Assembly (NCBI GenBank): GCA_943788985.1
Contig: CALSSJ010000005.1
Coordinates: forward strand, 64,001-128,000
From: an uncultured Lentisphaerales bacterium
GTDB taxonomy: Bacteria; Verrucomicrobiota; Lentisphaeria; JABSQK01; UBA12247
Direction of reading: 5' to 3'
DNA length: 64,000 nucleotides
The translations under genes and the position numbers were made by a program. Shown here in pieces: positions 31,940-43,278 of the stretch (its first letter is position 1; each line of letters begins with the position of its first letter). The notes under the pieces were generated by a model. The model was not told the DNA's origin. It searched no databases and was given only the letters and a program-made list of their open reading frames with translations.

Positions 31940-32241
31940 CGCCGAGTCTGGCGCAATCCGGGCCACAGCCCCCTCGGATGACGAATTGGGATAAGAAGAT
32001 TTTGAGGTCAAGAAAATGGCCGGTGATCTGTCAGAGTAGCATGTTCTTGTCCCGATTAAGTGCTTGTTGGCGGGGGCCGCAGCCTGTAGCCGCTACTACG
32101 AGACCGAAGACTCAGCGGAAATAGACGGTGCTTTCGCCGTCGGCGACGGCCGAGACATCGTTACTCAGGGCGGACCAGGCCAGACACACCATTGGCAAAC
32201 TAGCGGAGCGCTGAAAATACCGCGTAATTTATGGGCACGCG

Positions 32242-33462
32242 CTAAGAATCGTATTCTTCGCTGAACGGCAAGTGGCACAGTGTTGCCACGCGGAGGTTGG
32301 ATTCCTTCAGCAGCAGGGTCAGTTGCTGGAGTGTTTCTGTCTGCGGGCGCTCATGGGCCAGGTTCTTCAGCATGTTGCTGTCCACGCCAGCTTCTGCGGC
32401 TGCCCCCACGAGTTCATCGGCCAGCCGCACGTAGCCTTCGAGAGACTGGACAGTGTCGAAGAGGAATTGTGTCGATTGGTGGAGCTGGTCCAGAGCTTCG
32501 TTGATCTGCTCTACTGGCAGTTCTTGTGGGCGGGGATCGGCTGTTGTCTCTGGCCCCGGCGTGCGCAGGGTGGCCGCGAGATACTGGCCGCCGCCCCGGC
32601 GGATTAGATCCACTTTCCAATGTACTTCTACAGTCTTGTTCCCATTGCAGCGTGTTTTAGCGTTATCCATCACTGGGCCGTATTCCAAGCGATCGATGAA
32701 GCTATCCCAGTTTGCGGTGCCGGGCAGGTCTAGTGCCAGATCTAAAATGGACATGGTGCGCAGCGCATCGCGTGAATAGCCGGTCAACTCGGTTAAGGCG
32801 GTGTTACTGTCCAGCAGGCGTCCTTCATCAATATCGGCGACGAGAATGGCCTCATCCGCCCGATCGATTAACTCGCGAAACAAGTTCAGCGTCGCGACAG
32901 CCTTCATGCTTTCACGCACACGCCGAACTAGCTCGTGGTTGCTGGTGCGCAGCTCAGCAGTGCGCTCCTCCACCATCACTTCGAGCTCGTCATGCATCGT
33001 GCGCAGCTCTTTCTCTACCCCAATCCGGCGCGTTATTTCTTCTTCCAGCTGCGCGTGTTGGCGCTCGATTTCCTGCTGGTGCTGATAGATCTTCAGCAGG
33101 GTTCCGACTTTGTTGAAGAGGACGGTTTCATCGATGGGCTTAAGGATGTAATCGACTGCGCCAGCTTCATAGCCCCGCACTTGATCATGTACCGTCTGAT
33201 GCTTTGCTGTGACAAAAATGACCGGCACATTCTTGGTCTTCTCCGATAGGCGCAGCAACTCTGCGACCTCGAAGCCGTCCATGTCCGGCATCTGCACATC
33301 CAGCAGACACATAGCGAACTCATGGTTTAACGTATGCATCAATGCTGCGTTGCCAGAGTCTGCCTCGATGATCTCCACATCTAGCTGGCTCAGAACAGCT
33401 CGCATGGCGAACAGGTTCTCCGGGCGATCGTCAACGATCAGAATCTTAGGCGTATCAGGCAT
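32242..33462 (-). CDS. Response regulator (REC + coiled coil + PAS)
   Basis: ILIVDD, LLDVQMPDMDGFE, FVTA, DYILKP; PAS-like region after LFRELID. Confidence 0.88.
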   Translation of the reverse strand: MPDTPKILIVDDRPENLFAMRAVLSQLDVEIIEADSGNAALMHTLNHEFAMCLLDVQMPDMDGFEVAELLRLSEKTKNVPVIFVTAKHQTVHDQVRGYEAGAVDYILKPIDETVLFNKVGTLLKIYQHQQEIERQHAQLEEEITRRIGVEKELRTMHDELEVMVEERTAELRTSNHELVRRVRESMKAVATLNLFRELIDRADEAILVADIDEGRLLDSNTALTELTGYSRDALRTMSILDLALDLPGTANWDSFIDRLEYGPVMDNAKTRCNGNKTVEVHWKVDLIRRGGGQYLAATLRTPGPETTADPRPQELPVEQINEALDQLHQSTQFLFDTVQSLEGYVRLADELVGAAAEAGVDSNMLKNLAHERPQTETLQQLTLLLKESNLRVATLCHLPFSEEYDS

Positions 33463-33527
33463 GTCGCTTCTCGCAATCTATTGCTTTTAAAGACCGTAAG
33501 CGTACGCTCGGCATCCGCCAGCGCAGT

Positions 33528-34598
33528 TCAGGCTAGCCCGCCCACAGAATCCGTTTTTCTATGGGTTTCCTGGGCGAGTTGCTTGTATAACTCTAGTAAT
33601 TTAAGCCGAAACGCACCTTCTGAATAGTGCTCGCGGAAGGTGGCGAGCGCATTCTGTGCGTGTTGCAGACGTCCTTCAGAGTCGGCCATTGCCCGCCGCA
33701 TGGCGTCTGTCAATGAGCTTTGACTGTCCACCGATGCAAAATAGGTGGTTGTCCCGTCCAGGATCTCACGAGGGCCTTCAGCCCAGGTGCTGACGATCGG
33801 GACGCCACAGGCCATCGCTTCCAAAATGACAATGCCAAAGGGTTCTGAGCGGGAGGGCAAGATAAACAGGTCTGCCTGCTCCAACAAGGGGACCACATCT
33901 TCGACCCAGCCGATCATCTTTACGGAGTCGCTCAGACCCCGGTCGGCAATAATCGCCTCCAGCGCTGCTTGCTCGGCACCCTCGCCCCCCAGGGTCAGCA
34001 CAAACTCCAGGCCTTCGTCGCGCAGCTCAGCAGCGGCCTGCAGCAGCAGGTCAAACCCCTTCTTGCGCACAAACCGTCCATAGCTCAACAGCCGGAGCGG
34101 TTGCCCGGTCGGGGCCGCTTGCGGATTCCGCACCGGCAGCGACGAAAAGTTTGGGATAATCGTCACTCGGTTCGGAGACCAGCCCTGCGCCAGCGCGTAG
34201 CGGCATTCATCGGCTGTAGTGGCGATCAAGGTATTCACGTATCGGTAGCGGGTGAGGTCCACGTAGTTGTGCAACTTGGCTACTACGGGGATGCCCGCCA
34301 TATGCCCGGCCTTTCCGGCAAACCAGGCTGCGCGCCGTAGGTGGGCATGGACCAAATCTGGCCGATAGCGCTCGATCGCTCGCGAGACCGCGTGCTGCGA
34401 CAGTGGATTCCACTCTCCGCTTATATTCAGCGGCTCGACCGTCACATTTTCCATTTCCAGCCTGTCCTGGGCCATGAAATCCACATGGCACAAGGCCTGA
34501 ACCTCATGACCGGCCCGGGATAGTAGGGAAACGGTGTCGACAAAACTCCGCTCGGCACCCCCGAACCCTTTGCTGAACATCGCCTGGCTGATGCGCAT
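33528..34598 (-). CDS. Glycosyltransferase family 4
   Basis: GGAER, GRFVRKKG, PSRSEPFGIVILEAMA. Confidence 0.95.
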   Translation of the reverse strand: MRISQAMFSKGFGGAERSFVDTVSLLSRAGHEVQALCHVDFMAQDRLEMENVTVEPLNISGEWNPLSQHAVSRAIERYRPDLVHAHLRRAAWFAGKAGHMAGIPVVAKLHNYVDLTRYRYVNTLIATTADECRYALAQGWSPNRVTIIPNFSSLPVRNPQAAPTGQPLRLLSYGRFVRKKGFDLLLQAAAELRDEGLEFVLTLGGEGAEQAALEAIIADRGLSDSVKMIGWVEDVVPLLEQADLFILPSRSEPFGIVILEAMACGVPIVSTWAEGPREILDGTTTYFASVDSQSSLTDAMRRAMADSEGRLQHAQNALATFREHYSEGAFRLKLLELYKQLAQETHRKTDSVGGLA

Positions 34599-34803
34599 GG
34601 TCTATACCGTTGACTTAGGCTGGACTAGAAATCGTGCCGCAATGCGGCTTTGGGCTAAAAGGTATAGAACCGTTCTCTGTAATCGCCACACGAATCAGCG
34701 GAGACGATAAACTTGGCACCGTCAACCACGCGTTCGCGTTCGCCTGGATCTCGGACCTACGTACTGTGCTATCCCCTCATTCTCACGATTTCAGACCACT
34801 GCC

Positions 34804-35637
34804 GTGCCCCGGATATACAGCCATATTTCGCTCTTGCTTCTTGCTCTGCTGGTCAGCTGCCAGACCGTCAAGGAACCCACCATCTTTGAGGCTGTGGTCG
34901 ACGGTGACCTCCCTGAAACGCACGACTTGCTGAATGATGATCGTGCGCGCGTCGACGAGCGCCGGGACGACTTCACGCCGCTTCACTATGCAGCCCGGCA
35001 GGGCAAGGTCGCGATCGCCCAGGCCCTGCTTCAGAATGGCGCAGACGTCCAGGCGGCGAATCGACACGGCTTTACGCCGCTCCACGCGGCTGCGAACGCC
35101 AATCATACGAGGATGGTATCTTTTCTGCTGGACAACGGCGCCGACGTGAACGCGCGCTACAACGGCACCCAGTGTGCTCTTCACGACGCCATCTTTTTTG
35201 GTCAGCTTCCTCTCGTGCGCTTGCTCGTGGCCGCTGGCGCAGACCCAAATGCGGCCAATCGCCATGGCTGGGCCCCAGTTCATCTCGCTGCTCTCCAGGA
35301 CCACGTAGAGATCGCTGGCTACCTCGCCGAGCGTGCGGACAAGAATGTGCGAACTCCGCAGCAGCAGACGGCGCTGATGGTCGCCATGAGCGCCAAGCGC
35401 TGGGCCGTAGCCGCTCGCCTGATTCGCGCGGGAGTCGATCCCGGCCTGGCAGACGGCGACGGTGTTACGCCGCTGCATGTTGCGGCGCTGGTCAATCATA
35501 CCGCGCTGGCCAAGCAGCTGTTGAAGGCCGGTGCTCCTCCTTCCGCAGCCGGGCTCGAGGGCACGCCGCTGGATTGGGCGGATGATAACGATGTCAGTAC
35601 GCTTCTTAGAGCCTATGGGGGCAGACGCGCGCCTTGA
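34804..35637 (+). CDS. Ankyrin-repeat lipoprotein
   Basis: Lipobox LLVSC; repeated TPLH.AA..G....LL..GAD.N. Confidence 0.93.
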   Translation: MPRIYSHISLLLLALLVSCQTVKEPTIFEAVVDGDLPETHDLLNDDRARVDERRDDFTPLHYAARQGKVAIAQALLQNGADVQAANRHGFTPLHAAANANHTRMVSFLLDNGADVNARYNGTQCALHDAIFFGQLPLVRLLVAAGADPNAANRHGWAPVHLAALQDHVEIAGYLAERADKNVRTPQQQTALMVAMSAKRWAVAARLIRAGVDPGLADGDGVTPLHVAALVNHTALAKQLLKAGAPPSAAGLEGTPLDWADDNDVSTLLRAYGGRRAP

Positions 35638-36914
35638 ATCACCTCACTACAGCAGGACTGCCCTGCAATGCCGTCCTTTGTCGCTATGCCGAGATTGCCA
35701 TCAAGAAGGGCGGCAGGTCGGCTTTCGAGCGAATGCTAGTCCGCAACATCGCCCGCGCTCTGCGAGAGTGGCCGGACCTGCAAGTGCAGCGCATTTGGGG
35801 GCGAATCATGGTCGTGCGGCCCAAGTATATCGCCTTCACTCCTGAAATGATCACCGATATCTCCCGCAAGCTCACCTGGGTGTTCGGGGTCGACTCATTC
35901 TCCTTGGGCGTGCGCACTCCCACCGCGATTCCAGAGATCGAAGAGATCGTCGACCGTATTGTGGACATCGGCTATCGCGAGCTTGCTGCCACCCATGAAG
36001 TGGTCACCTATCGCACCCGGGCCAGGCGCGGTGAGAAGAGCTTCCCGCTTTCTTCTGAAGAGATCGAGATTCACTTTGCAGATCGCTTGCTGCCCAAATA
36101 TGACCGCCTGAAAATTCACCTCAATGACGATGCCATGCTCACGGTTTGGGTCGAGGTACGGGAACAGTGGACGTTCATCTTTGCCGACGAACAGCTCGGC
36201 CCTGGTGGCCTGCCCATCGGTAGCAACGGCAGAGCCATGGTGATGCTCTCAGGCGGAATCGACTCGCCAATCGCTGCCTACCTCACCATGAAGCGTGGCT
36301 GCCGGGTCGACTTCCTGACCTTTCACAGCTTCCCCTACACCGAGCAGGAAAGTATCGAGAAAGTGGCTAAACTCGCCACCGTTCTAAACCGCTACCAGAA
36401 GGCTGGCCGCGTCTGGGCCTGTAACATGTTGGGCGCACAGCGTGCCGTACGCGATGGTTGTACGGAGAGGTTTCGCACCGTGCTCTATCGTCGGATTATG
36501 ACGCGAGTGTCCGGCCGCCTGGCGTATGCCCTCTATCGGACCGCGCTGGTGACCGGCGATGCCCTGGGCCAGGTAGCCAGTCAGACCTTGCCGAATATGG
36601 ACGTAATCAACCGTGCCACTGACATGTTGATCTTGCGGCCGCTGTTGGGGATGGACAAGCGCGAGACCGTAGCCATCGCGCGGCGCATCGAGACCTACGA
36701 CATTTCCAAGCAGCAATGTGCCGACAGCTGCACCGTGTTCATGCCCGATTCGCCAGCCACCAAGGCCACGGTTGAAGAGATCGAGCGCGAAGAAGCAAAG
36801 TTGGATATGGACGCGTTGATCGAGGTCTGTCTGAACAATGTCACGGTGATTAACACCAAGACATTCGAGGAAGTCCCGTTCGAGTTTCGCGAACGCCGGG
36901 AAGGCGACGAGTAG
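35634..36914 (+). CDS. thiI: tRNA 4-thiouridine synthase ThiI (no rhodanese domain)
   Basis: RYAEIAIK, THUMP region, GGLPIG, LSGGIDSP, GQVASQT, RPL. Confidence 0.95.
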   Translation: MNHLTTAGLPCNAVLCRYAEIAIKKGGRSAFERMLVRNIARALREWPDLQVQRIWGRIMVVRPKYIAFTPEMITDISRKLTWVFGVDSFSLGVRTPTAIPEIEEIVDRIVDIGYRELAATHEVVTYRTRARRGEKSFPLSSEEIEIHFADRLLPKYDRLKIHLNDDAMLTVWVEVREQWTFIFADEQLGPGGLPIGSNGRAMVMLSGGIDSPIAAYLTMKRGCRVDFLTFHSFPYTEQESIEKVAKLATVLNRYQKAGRVWACNMLGAQRAVRDGCTERFRTVLYRRIMTRVSGRLAYALYRTALVTGDALGQVASQTLPNMDVINRATDMLILRPLLGMDKRETVAIARRIETYDISKQQCADSCTVFMPDSPATKATVEEIEREEAKLDMDALIEVCLNNVTVINTKTFEEVPFEFRERREGDE

Positions 36915-36933
36915 TCATCACGGGCGTGCCGAT

Positions 36934-39522
36934 TTGGTGCAGGAAAGGGTGGTGGTTATGGCTGCGGAGCCAGTCAAGGCGCTGCGGCTTTGGTATGACA
37001 AGCCGGCGCCGGATAGCGATTTCGGCTGGGTAAATGATTCGATTCCGCTGGGCAATGGCTACATGGGGATCAACGTGTTCGGTGGCACGGCGAGCGATCG
37101 AATTCAGATCACGGAGAATAGCCTCTACGATTGGGGAGCAGATCGCGGGCTGAAACGCAGAGGCCTTAACAACTTTGGCGAAGTATACCTGGATTTCAAC
37201 CACGGCGACACCAGCAACTACGTGCGAGAGCTGGATCTGAACGAAGTTCTCGCTTCTGTGGCATACGAGGCAAATGGTGTGGCGTATGCCAGGGAGTACT
37301 TCACCAGCTATCCGGATAAGGTGATGGCAATCCAACTCAGCGCATCGAAGGCTGGCGCGTTGTCATTTGCACTTCGTCCCACCATTCCCTTCTTGGGCGC
37401 GGGCAAGTCTGGATCGGTTTCGGCCAAGGGCGACACGATCACGCTCTCGGGAGAGATGACGCACTACAAGATCCAGTTTGAGGGCCAGTTCAAGGTCATC
37501 CCGAAGGGCGGCACGATGACGGCTGACCCGCAGGGGACACTCTCGGTTTCGGGCGCGGATAGCGCAGTGGTGCTGATTGCGGTCGGCACCAACTACCAGT
37601 TCCACCCTCAAGTGTTCCTGACACAAGAGCTGACCGAAAAGCTGGCCGGGTTTCCGCACCCCCACGCCCAAGTCAGCCGCGGCGTGGCCGAGGCAGCAGC
37701 GAAGGGGTATAAGGCGTTGCGAGACAGCCATCAGGCGGACTACAAAGCGCTGTTCGATCGCGTACGTATCGATCTCGGAGCGACCGTTCCGGAGATTTCG
37801 ACCGACAAGCTGGTTGATGCCTATCCCGATGGTGCCTCGAACCGCTACCTTGAGGAACTCGCGTTCCAATTTGGCCGCTACATGTTGATTTGCTCCTCGC
37901 GCGCCGGCACGCTCCCACCCCACTTGCAGGGGATTTGGAATGTCTATGCACGGCCACCATGGTCGTCTCAGTACCTGCACGATACGAACGTGCAGATGGC
38001 TTTCGCGCCGGCCTTCTCTGCCAACCTGCCTGAGTTGTTCGAGTCCTATGTCGGATTCTTCGAAGTCTTCGTCCATCGCCAGCGGCAGTACGCCACGCAA
38101 TATATCAAGCAGTACAACCCCTCGCAGCTGGACGAGAAGGGAGACAATGGTTGGTCCGGGCCGTTTTGGACCAATCCGTACAATGTTCCCGGCAAGACGC
38201 CCATCGCCGGCTTTGGCACGGGCTGTTGGATCGCGCAGATGTTCTGGGACTACTATGACTACACACGTGATGAGTCTCTGCTGGCTGACACCGTCTATCC
38301 CGTCATGTACGAACAGGCCAATTTGGTTTCCCGCTTTGTGCAGGAAATCGATGATGCTCTGCTGGCCAAGCCCTCATCGTCCCCGGAGCAGAAGCTGCGA
38401 AATACCATTGGCACGACCTTCGACCAGCAAATGTTCTACGAAAACCATCACAACACTCTGACGGCGGCCAAGATTCTCGGACGCACCGATTCCCGCTTGG
38501 CGCTATTCGAAAAGCAACTCCCGCTTCTGGATCCGATCCAGATCGGCAAGTCGGGGCAGATCAAGGAATTTCGCCAGGAAGAATTCTACTGCGACGCTAG
38601 TAAAGCGCTTGATCCGCACCATCGGCACACCTCCATGCTACTTGGATCGTATCCAGGGCAGCTGATTAACAGCGCGACCCCAGCCTGGCTTGATGCCGTC
38701 GAGAAAACCCTGACCTTGCGCACTCGCAAATCCAAGATTGGCTGGGCACGTGCCGAGCGGATCGCCTTCTGGGCCCGCGTCTGTGACGGCGATGAGGCGT
38801 ATCTCTTCTATCAGGATTTGCTGGCCGGTAACTTTCTCCACAACCTATTCAACGATCACCGCGGTGGCCCGCTATTCCAGGCAGATGGCAACTACGGAGC
38901 GACTGCCGTGGTTGCTGAGTTGCTGCTGCAGAGTCAAGACTACGTCGTGGCGCCATTGCCCGCTTTGCCCGCCGCATGGTCTAATGGCAGCTATCAAGGT
39001 CTCCTAGCACGCGGCAACTTCGAGGTCTCTGCGCAGTGGTCTGATGGCCAAGCCGATCAGTTTGAGGTCCTCGCCAACGTTGGCGGGGCCTTGCGGTTGC
39101 GCTATCCAAACGTCGCTAAGGCGCTGATCAAGACCCAGGCAGGGCAGACGGTCGAGTTTGTGGCCAAGGGGCTGGATGAGGTCAGCATAGAGACTGCCCA
39201 CGGCCAGACCTATGTCATCACTGCCATCCCGGCGTACACGCTGGTTGCCGCGCCTGCAGCCCTGAAGGTCGCGGGAGAGAGCCGTAAGAACCGGGTAAAA
39301 CTCGCCTGGAGCGCCAGTGCGGATGCTGCGTCGTACAACCTGTGCCGCGCAGTGGGTAATGCACCGGGTTATGAGTTGATCGCCTCAGACATAGAAGGCA
39401 CGGGCTTCGTCTGCACAATCCCCGGCTTGAAGCAGATTGCCCAGATGACTCTGAAAGTGACCGCAGTGCGGGCCGATGGCCGCGAGAGCAACAAGGGCGC
39501 GACCATGGTCTGGTTGCGTTAG
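36934..39522 (+). CDS. GH95 alpha-L-fucosidase-like glycoside hydrolase with a C-terminal FN3-like domain
   Basis: LWYDKPA, PLGNG, FQFGRYMLI.SSR, SSPE, HRHTS, FQADGNYG, LPALP..W..G...GL.ARG. Confidence 0.9.
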   Translation: MVQERVVVMAAEPVKALRLWYDKPAPDSDFGWVNDSIPLGNGYMGINVFGGTASDRIQITENSLYDWGADRGLKRRGLNNFGEVYLDFNHGDTSNYVRELDLNEVLASVAYEANGVAYAREYFTSYPDKVMAIQLSASKAGALSFALRPTIPFLGAGKSGSVSAKGDTITLSGEMTHYKIQFEGQFKVIPKGGTMTADPQGTLSVSGADSAVVLIAVGTNYQFHPQVFLTQELTEKLAGFPHPHAQVSRGVAEAAAKGYKALRDSHQADYKALFDRVRIDLGATVPEISTDKLVDAYPDGASNRYLEELAFQFGRYMLICSSRAGTLPPHLQGIWNVYARPPWSSQYLHDTNVQMAFAPAFSANLPELFESYVGFFEVFVHRQRQYATQYIKQYNPSQLDEKGDNGWSGPFWTNPYNVPGKTPIAGFGTGCWIAQMFWDYYDYTRDESLLADTVYPVMYEQANLVSRFVQEIDDALLAKPSSSPEQKLRNTIGTTFDQQMFYENHHNTLTAAKILGRTDSRLALFEKQLPLLDPIQIGKSGQIKEFRQEEFYCDASKALDPHHRHTSMLLGSYPGQLINSATPAWLDAVEKTLTLRTRKSKIGWARAERIAFWARVCDGDEAYLFYQDLLAGNFLHNLFNDHRGGPLFQADGNYGATAVVAELLLQSQDYVVAPLPALPAAWSNGSYQGLLARGNFEVSAQWSDGQADQFEVLANVGGALRLRYPNVAKALIKTQAGQTVEFVAKGLDEVSIETAHGQTYVITAIPAYTLVAAPAALKVAGESRKNRVKLAWSASADAASYNLCRAVGNAPGYELIASDIEGTGFVCTIPGLKQIAQMTLKVTAVRADGRESNKGATMVWLR

Positions 39523-39539
39523 GAGAGATTGTCACCAGT

Positions 39540-39851
39540 TCTATCGCATATCTCACGGACTTTCTCCTTGATGACGCCGCCTTTGCAAAGCTAGTTTCGG
39601 AACTGAACGGATGTTCGACGGTGGTCTGCAAGGCGCAATATGGCGATCAAGACGCTGATCCAGCAAGACGAAACTATCGCACGACGATATCTTCGATGGC
39701 CAGACTCGCCGCGCAAGCTGATGTCGAAAACCTGGCCCTTTTTCGCCTGTCGGAACGCTACGCAAGCGATGAGTGGCGAGACATGTTGAGCTGGTGCAGT
39801 ACTGTTTTACCCGCGACGAGTTTCCCAAAGCACTGGGAGCAGATCGGGTGA
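39540..39851 (+). pseudogene. C-terminal remnant of a ribonuclease Z-like metallo-beta-lactamase gene
   Basis: In frame SIAYLTDF...VVCKAQY...ARRNYRTT...LFRLSERY...FPKHW. The family's AY.TD, E..Y, H.T and H.S.RY motifs are recognisable but E/H are substituted; the N-terminus is absent. Confidence 0.65.
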
Positions 39852-39952
39852 TGGTATGCGACGCAAAAAGATTTCCGTCCTACGCGTTACAGCATCGGGA
39901 TTTTTTCGTCTGTCTACATATCCAGTTCATCACACCACACAGGACACTTAGC

Positions 39953-41539
39953 ATGAACCACTTACTCCTTCTTCTCGCGGTATGCGCGGCACCTTTTCTT
40001 GGCGTTGCGGACTCCGCAAAGCCCAATGTAATTTTCGTGATGACCGATGACCAGGGCTATCCGGTTGTGGGGGCGCACGGGCATCCCTGGATTCGGACGC
40101 CGAACCTGGATGCCATGCATGCCCAGTCCGTTCGCTTTGATCGGTTCATGATGGGCTCCACCTGTGCACCAAGTCGGGCCGGAATTATGACTGGGAATCA
40201 TGCGATTCGCAACGGGGTGACGCACACGATCCACGAGCGTGAACGGCTCAATCTGGAGGCGACGACCATCCCGCAAGTGCTCAAGCTAGCTGGCTACACA
40301 TCGGGGTACTTCGGCAAGTGGCACTTGGGTGATGAGGCCCCATACCAGCCAGAGAATCGGGGCTTTGACGAAGTGTTCATTCACGGCGCGGGAGGGATCG
40401 GCCAGAAATACGAAGGCTCGTGTGCGGATGCACCTGGCAATAGGTACTTCGATCCAGTGTTCAAGCACAACGGCACGTTTGTGAAGACCAAGGGCTATTG
40501 CACAGATGTTCTTTTCAAATCAACGTTGGGCTGGATCCAATCGGTCAAGGATTCCGATCAGCCTTTCTTCGCCTATCTCTCGACCAATGCGCCGCATAGC
40601 CCATTCGTCGCCCCGCCGAAGTACCAACAATACTTTCAGGATCTGGGTTTCCCCCGGCATGCCGCTGGCTTCTACGGGATGATCGAGCATATCGACCACT
40701 GTATGGGCCAGATGTTCGAACAGCTGGAGGCTTGGGGCCTGCTGGACAATACAATCGTCATCTTCACCTCGGACAATGGGATGACCCGAGTCGGGTGTGG
40801 CCTGAGAGGGGTTGCTGGCCGTCCCCAAGTGCAGCTTGGTACAGACAAAGACGGGAAGCCGATGATGAGCGACAATGCAGGCATGAAGGGCCTCAAGAAC
40901 ACCGTCGACGAAGGCGGCGTCCGGGTTCCGTTCTTCGTGCGCTGGGCTGGGGGGATCAAGCAAGGCCGCACCGTCAATACGGTGGTCAGCTACTTGGATA
41001 TCCTGCCGACTCTGGCGGACCTGGTCGGGGCCGAAAGCCCCGCGGCGATGGAAGGCAAGAGTCTGAAGCCTTTTCTATTGGAACAAGATCCGGTCTGGGA
41101 GGATCGGTTTCACTTTCAGCATGTGACGCGCTGGGGCCTCAACGCCGAGCCTGACCATTGGAAGTGGAAGAGATACTCGGTACGTAACCAGCGCTTCCGC
41201 CTGGTCGAAGGTGTGCTATACGACATGCAGAACGATCCGAACCAGACTGAAGATGTGACCGCGAAGTACCCTGAGTTGGTGTCAGAGATGAAGAAGGCCT
41301 ACGGAGCCTTCTGGGACCAAGCGCGACCGCTGATGATCAACGAGGGCGTGCCACTGGCAAAGGAGCATCCGTACCATGTCGAATACTACGCACAAGAGAA
41401 AAGTACTGGCATTCCTCAGTGGCAGGAGCCCGTTCTGGCATTTAAGGCTTCAGCACCCGCGACCGTGCATGGTAGTGTAGGCGCTGAAGCTAAGGGCAAA
41501 GGTGCCCCCACGAAGAAGAGCAAGATAAAGCGGAAATAA
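39953..41539 (+). CDS. Arylsulfatase (formylglycine-dependent, Cys type)
   Basis: Signal peptide, [27 protein letters not shown]. Confidence 0.95.
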   Translation: MNHLLLLLAVCAAPFLGVADSAKPNVIFVMTDDQGYPVVGAHGHPWIRTPNLDAMHAQSVRFDRFMMGSTCAPSRAGIMTGNHAIRNGVTHTIHERERLNLEATTIPQVLKLAGYTSGYFGKWHLGDEAPYQPENRGFDEVFIHGAGGIGQKYEGSCADAPGNRYFDPVFKHNGTFVKTKGYCTDVLFKSTLGWIQSVKDSDQPFFAYLSTNAPHSPFVAPPKYQQYFQDLGFPRHAAGFYGMIEHIDHCMGQMFEQLEAWGLLDNTIVIFTSDNGMTRVGCGLRGVAGRPQVQLGTDKDGKPMMSDNAGMKGLKNTVDEGGVRVPFFVRWAGGIKQGRTVNTVVSYLDILPTLADLVGAESPAAMEGKSLKPFLLEQDPVWEDRFHFQHVTRWGLNAEPDHWKWKRYSVRNQRFRLVEGVLYDMQNDPNQTEDVTAKYPELVSEMKKAYGAFWDQARPLMINEGVPLAKEHPYHVEYYAQEKSTGIPQWQEPVLAFKASAPATVHGSVGAEAKGKGAPTKKSKIKRK

Positions 41540-41546
41540 GGTGACG

Positions 41547-43028
41547 ATGAAACGGTTGTTTGTTGTGCTTTTGGCGTTGTCTGCTTCGTTGATCTGGGCA
41601 AAGCCAAATGTCGTCATTTTATATGCGGATGACATGGGCGTGGCGGATGTCTCGTACGGAGATCCGGAGGCAAAGATTCAGACTCCGCACATCGATCGCT
41701 TGGCGACACGGGGGATGACGTTTACGGATGGGCACAGTTCGTCTGGGATTTGCACGCCAAGCCGCTATGCGCTGCTCACCGGCCAACATCATTGGCGACG
41801 TTTTCATGGGATCGTCGGTGCGTTTGGTAAGTCTGTCTTTGAGCCGGGCGAATTCACGATTGCGCGCATGTTCAAGAAGCAGGGGTATCGCACGGGGTGC
41901 TTCGGCAAGTGGCACCTCGGCTGGGACTGGGATGCGATCCTCAAACCCGGCGCTTCCAAGAAAAATACGAAGCTGGCTGAGTCGTACGATTGGACGAAGC
42001 GGTTCCCGGCTGGGCCGCTGGACCAGGGGTTTGATCGCTATTTTGGTGATGGAACGATCAACTTCCCGCCGTATTGCTGGATTGATGATGACCGCTTTCA
42101 GACGATCCCGACGAAGCCGGTAATCAAGTCGCGACCGCTTGCCGGCGGGGGGGGCTTTCGTGCGGGACCGATGGCAGAAGGCTGGAATCCCTATGATATT
42201 CTACCGACGATCACCGAGAAGACGGTGGACTGGATCAAGGAGCAGGATGAGGAGCAGCCGTTCTTTGCCTACCTGGCGTTCAACTCACCACATTATCCGA
42301 TCGTGCCCAACAAGGAGTTTCATGGGACCTCCAAGGCTGGGTTCTATGGCGACTTTGTGATCGAGACCGATGCGATGGTGGGCAAGGTGCTGGCCGCTTT
42401 GGAGGAGAAGGGCCTGCTGGAGAATACGATCGTCATTTTCACCGCGGACAATGGCACCGAGAAGCATGCGTTCGAGCGACTCCAGAAATATGATCAATGG
42501 AGTTCTGGGCAGTTGCGGGGGCTGAAGCGCGATCTCTACGAAGGCGGGCACCGAGTGCCGTTCATTGTCAGCTGGCCGGGCAAGGTCAAAGCGGGGTCAC
42601 GTTCGGATGAAGTCGTTAGCCAGGTGGATTTTGCCGCGACGTTTGCGGAGATCATTGGCTATGACCTGGGGCGTGAGAAGGCAATTGACAGTTACAATCT
42701 GCTGCCGGTTCTGCTCGGTGAGAGCTACGACAGTCCATTGCGCGTTGCGACCGTGCAGAACACAAACAAAGGGGCTTACGCATTGCGGAAGGGCCATTGG
42801 GTTCTCATTGATGCACCGAGCGGTGCGGTCCAACCCGAGCCAAAGGCATATCTCGATCACTTTGGCTTTGCGGCATATCCGAAGGGCAATCCCGGGTTGC
42901 TCTTCAACCTGAAGGACGATCCGCGCCAGGCCAAGAATCTGTATGCTCAGCACCCAGAGAAGGTCACAGCCATGCGGACGCTACTGAAGCGCTATGTAGC
43001 CGGGGAGCGCTGCGCACCACAGAGGTGA
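41547..43028 (+). CDS. Arylsulfatase (Cys type)
   Basis: [37 protein letters not shown]. Confidence 0.95.
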   Translation: MKRLFVVLLALSASLIWAKPNVVILYADDMGVADVSYGDPEAKIQTPHIDRLATRGMTFTDGHSSSGICTPSRYALLTGQHHWRRFHGIVGAFGKSVFEPGEFTIARMFKKQGYRTGCFGKWHLGWDWDAILKPGASKKNTKLAESYDWTKRFPAGPLDQGFDRYFGDGTINFPPYCWIDDDRFQTIPTKPVIKSRPLAGGGGFRAGPMAEGWNPYDILPTITEKTVDWIKEQDEEQPFFAYLAFNSPHYPIVPNKEFHGTSKAGFYGDFVIETDAMVGKVLAALEEKGLLENTIVIFTADNGTEKHAFERLQKYDQWSSGQLRGLKRDLYEGGHRVPFIVSWPGKVKAGSRSDEVVSQVDFAATFAEIIGYDLGREKAIDSYNLLPVLLGESYDSPLRVATVQNTNKGAYALRKGHWVLIDAPSGAVQPEPKAYLDHFGFAAYPKGNPGLLFNLKDDPRQAKNLYAQHPEKVTAMRTLLKRYVAGERCAPQR

Positions 43029-43278
43029 TGGGACAGACGGTGGCCAGCTGAAAGTCGCGCACAAGAGTAGGGGGCGAAAGTGAGTTTTGCGACTACTAGG
43101 CTCATCGTGGCAGGGAATAGGTCTGGTGTTGCCTTATCCAGGGTAGGTCGCAACTCATGAATTGGCATGTTTTGCATGGAAGCACGGGTAATCTTCGAGG
43201 GATTCGTAGAGCGCGCGTGGCATGGATGTCTCGGTGGCGTATTCTGGGGCAGGGCGAATGTTCATGGAGAGAAAAATT

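Noticed and set aside
31940..32240. Short ORFs between the prepilin-like gene and the response regulator
   Set aside because: No motif, RBS or similarity that I can support.
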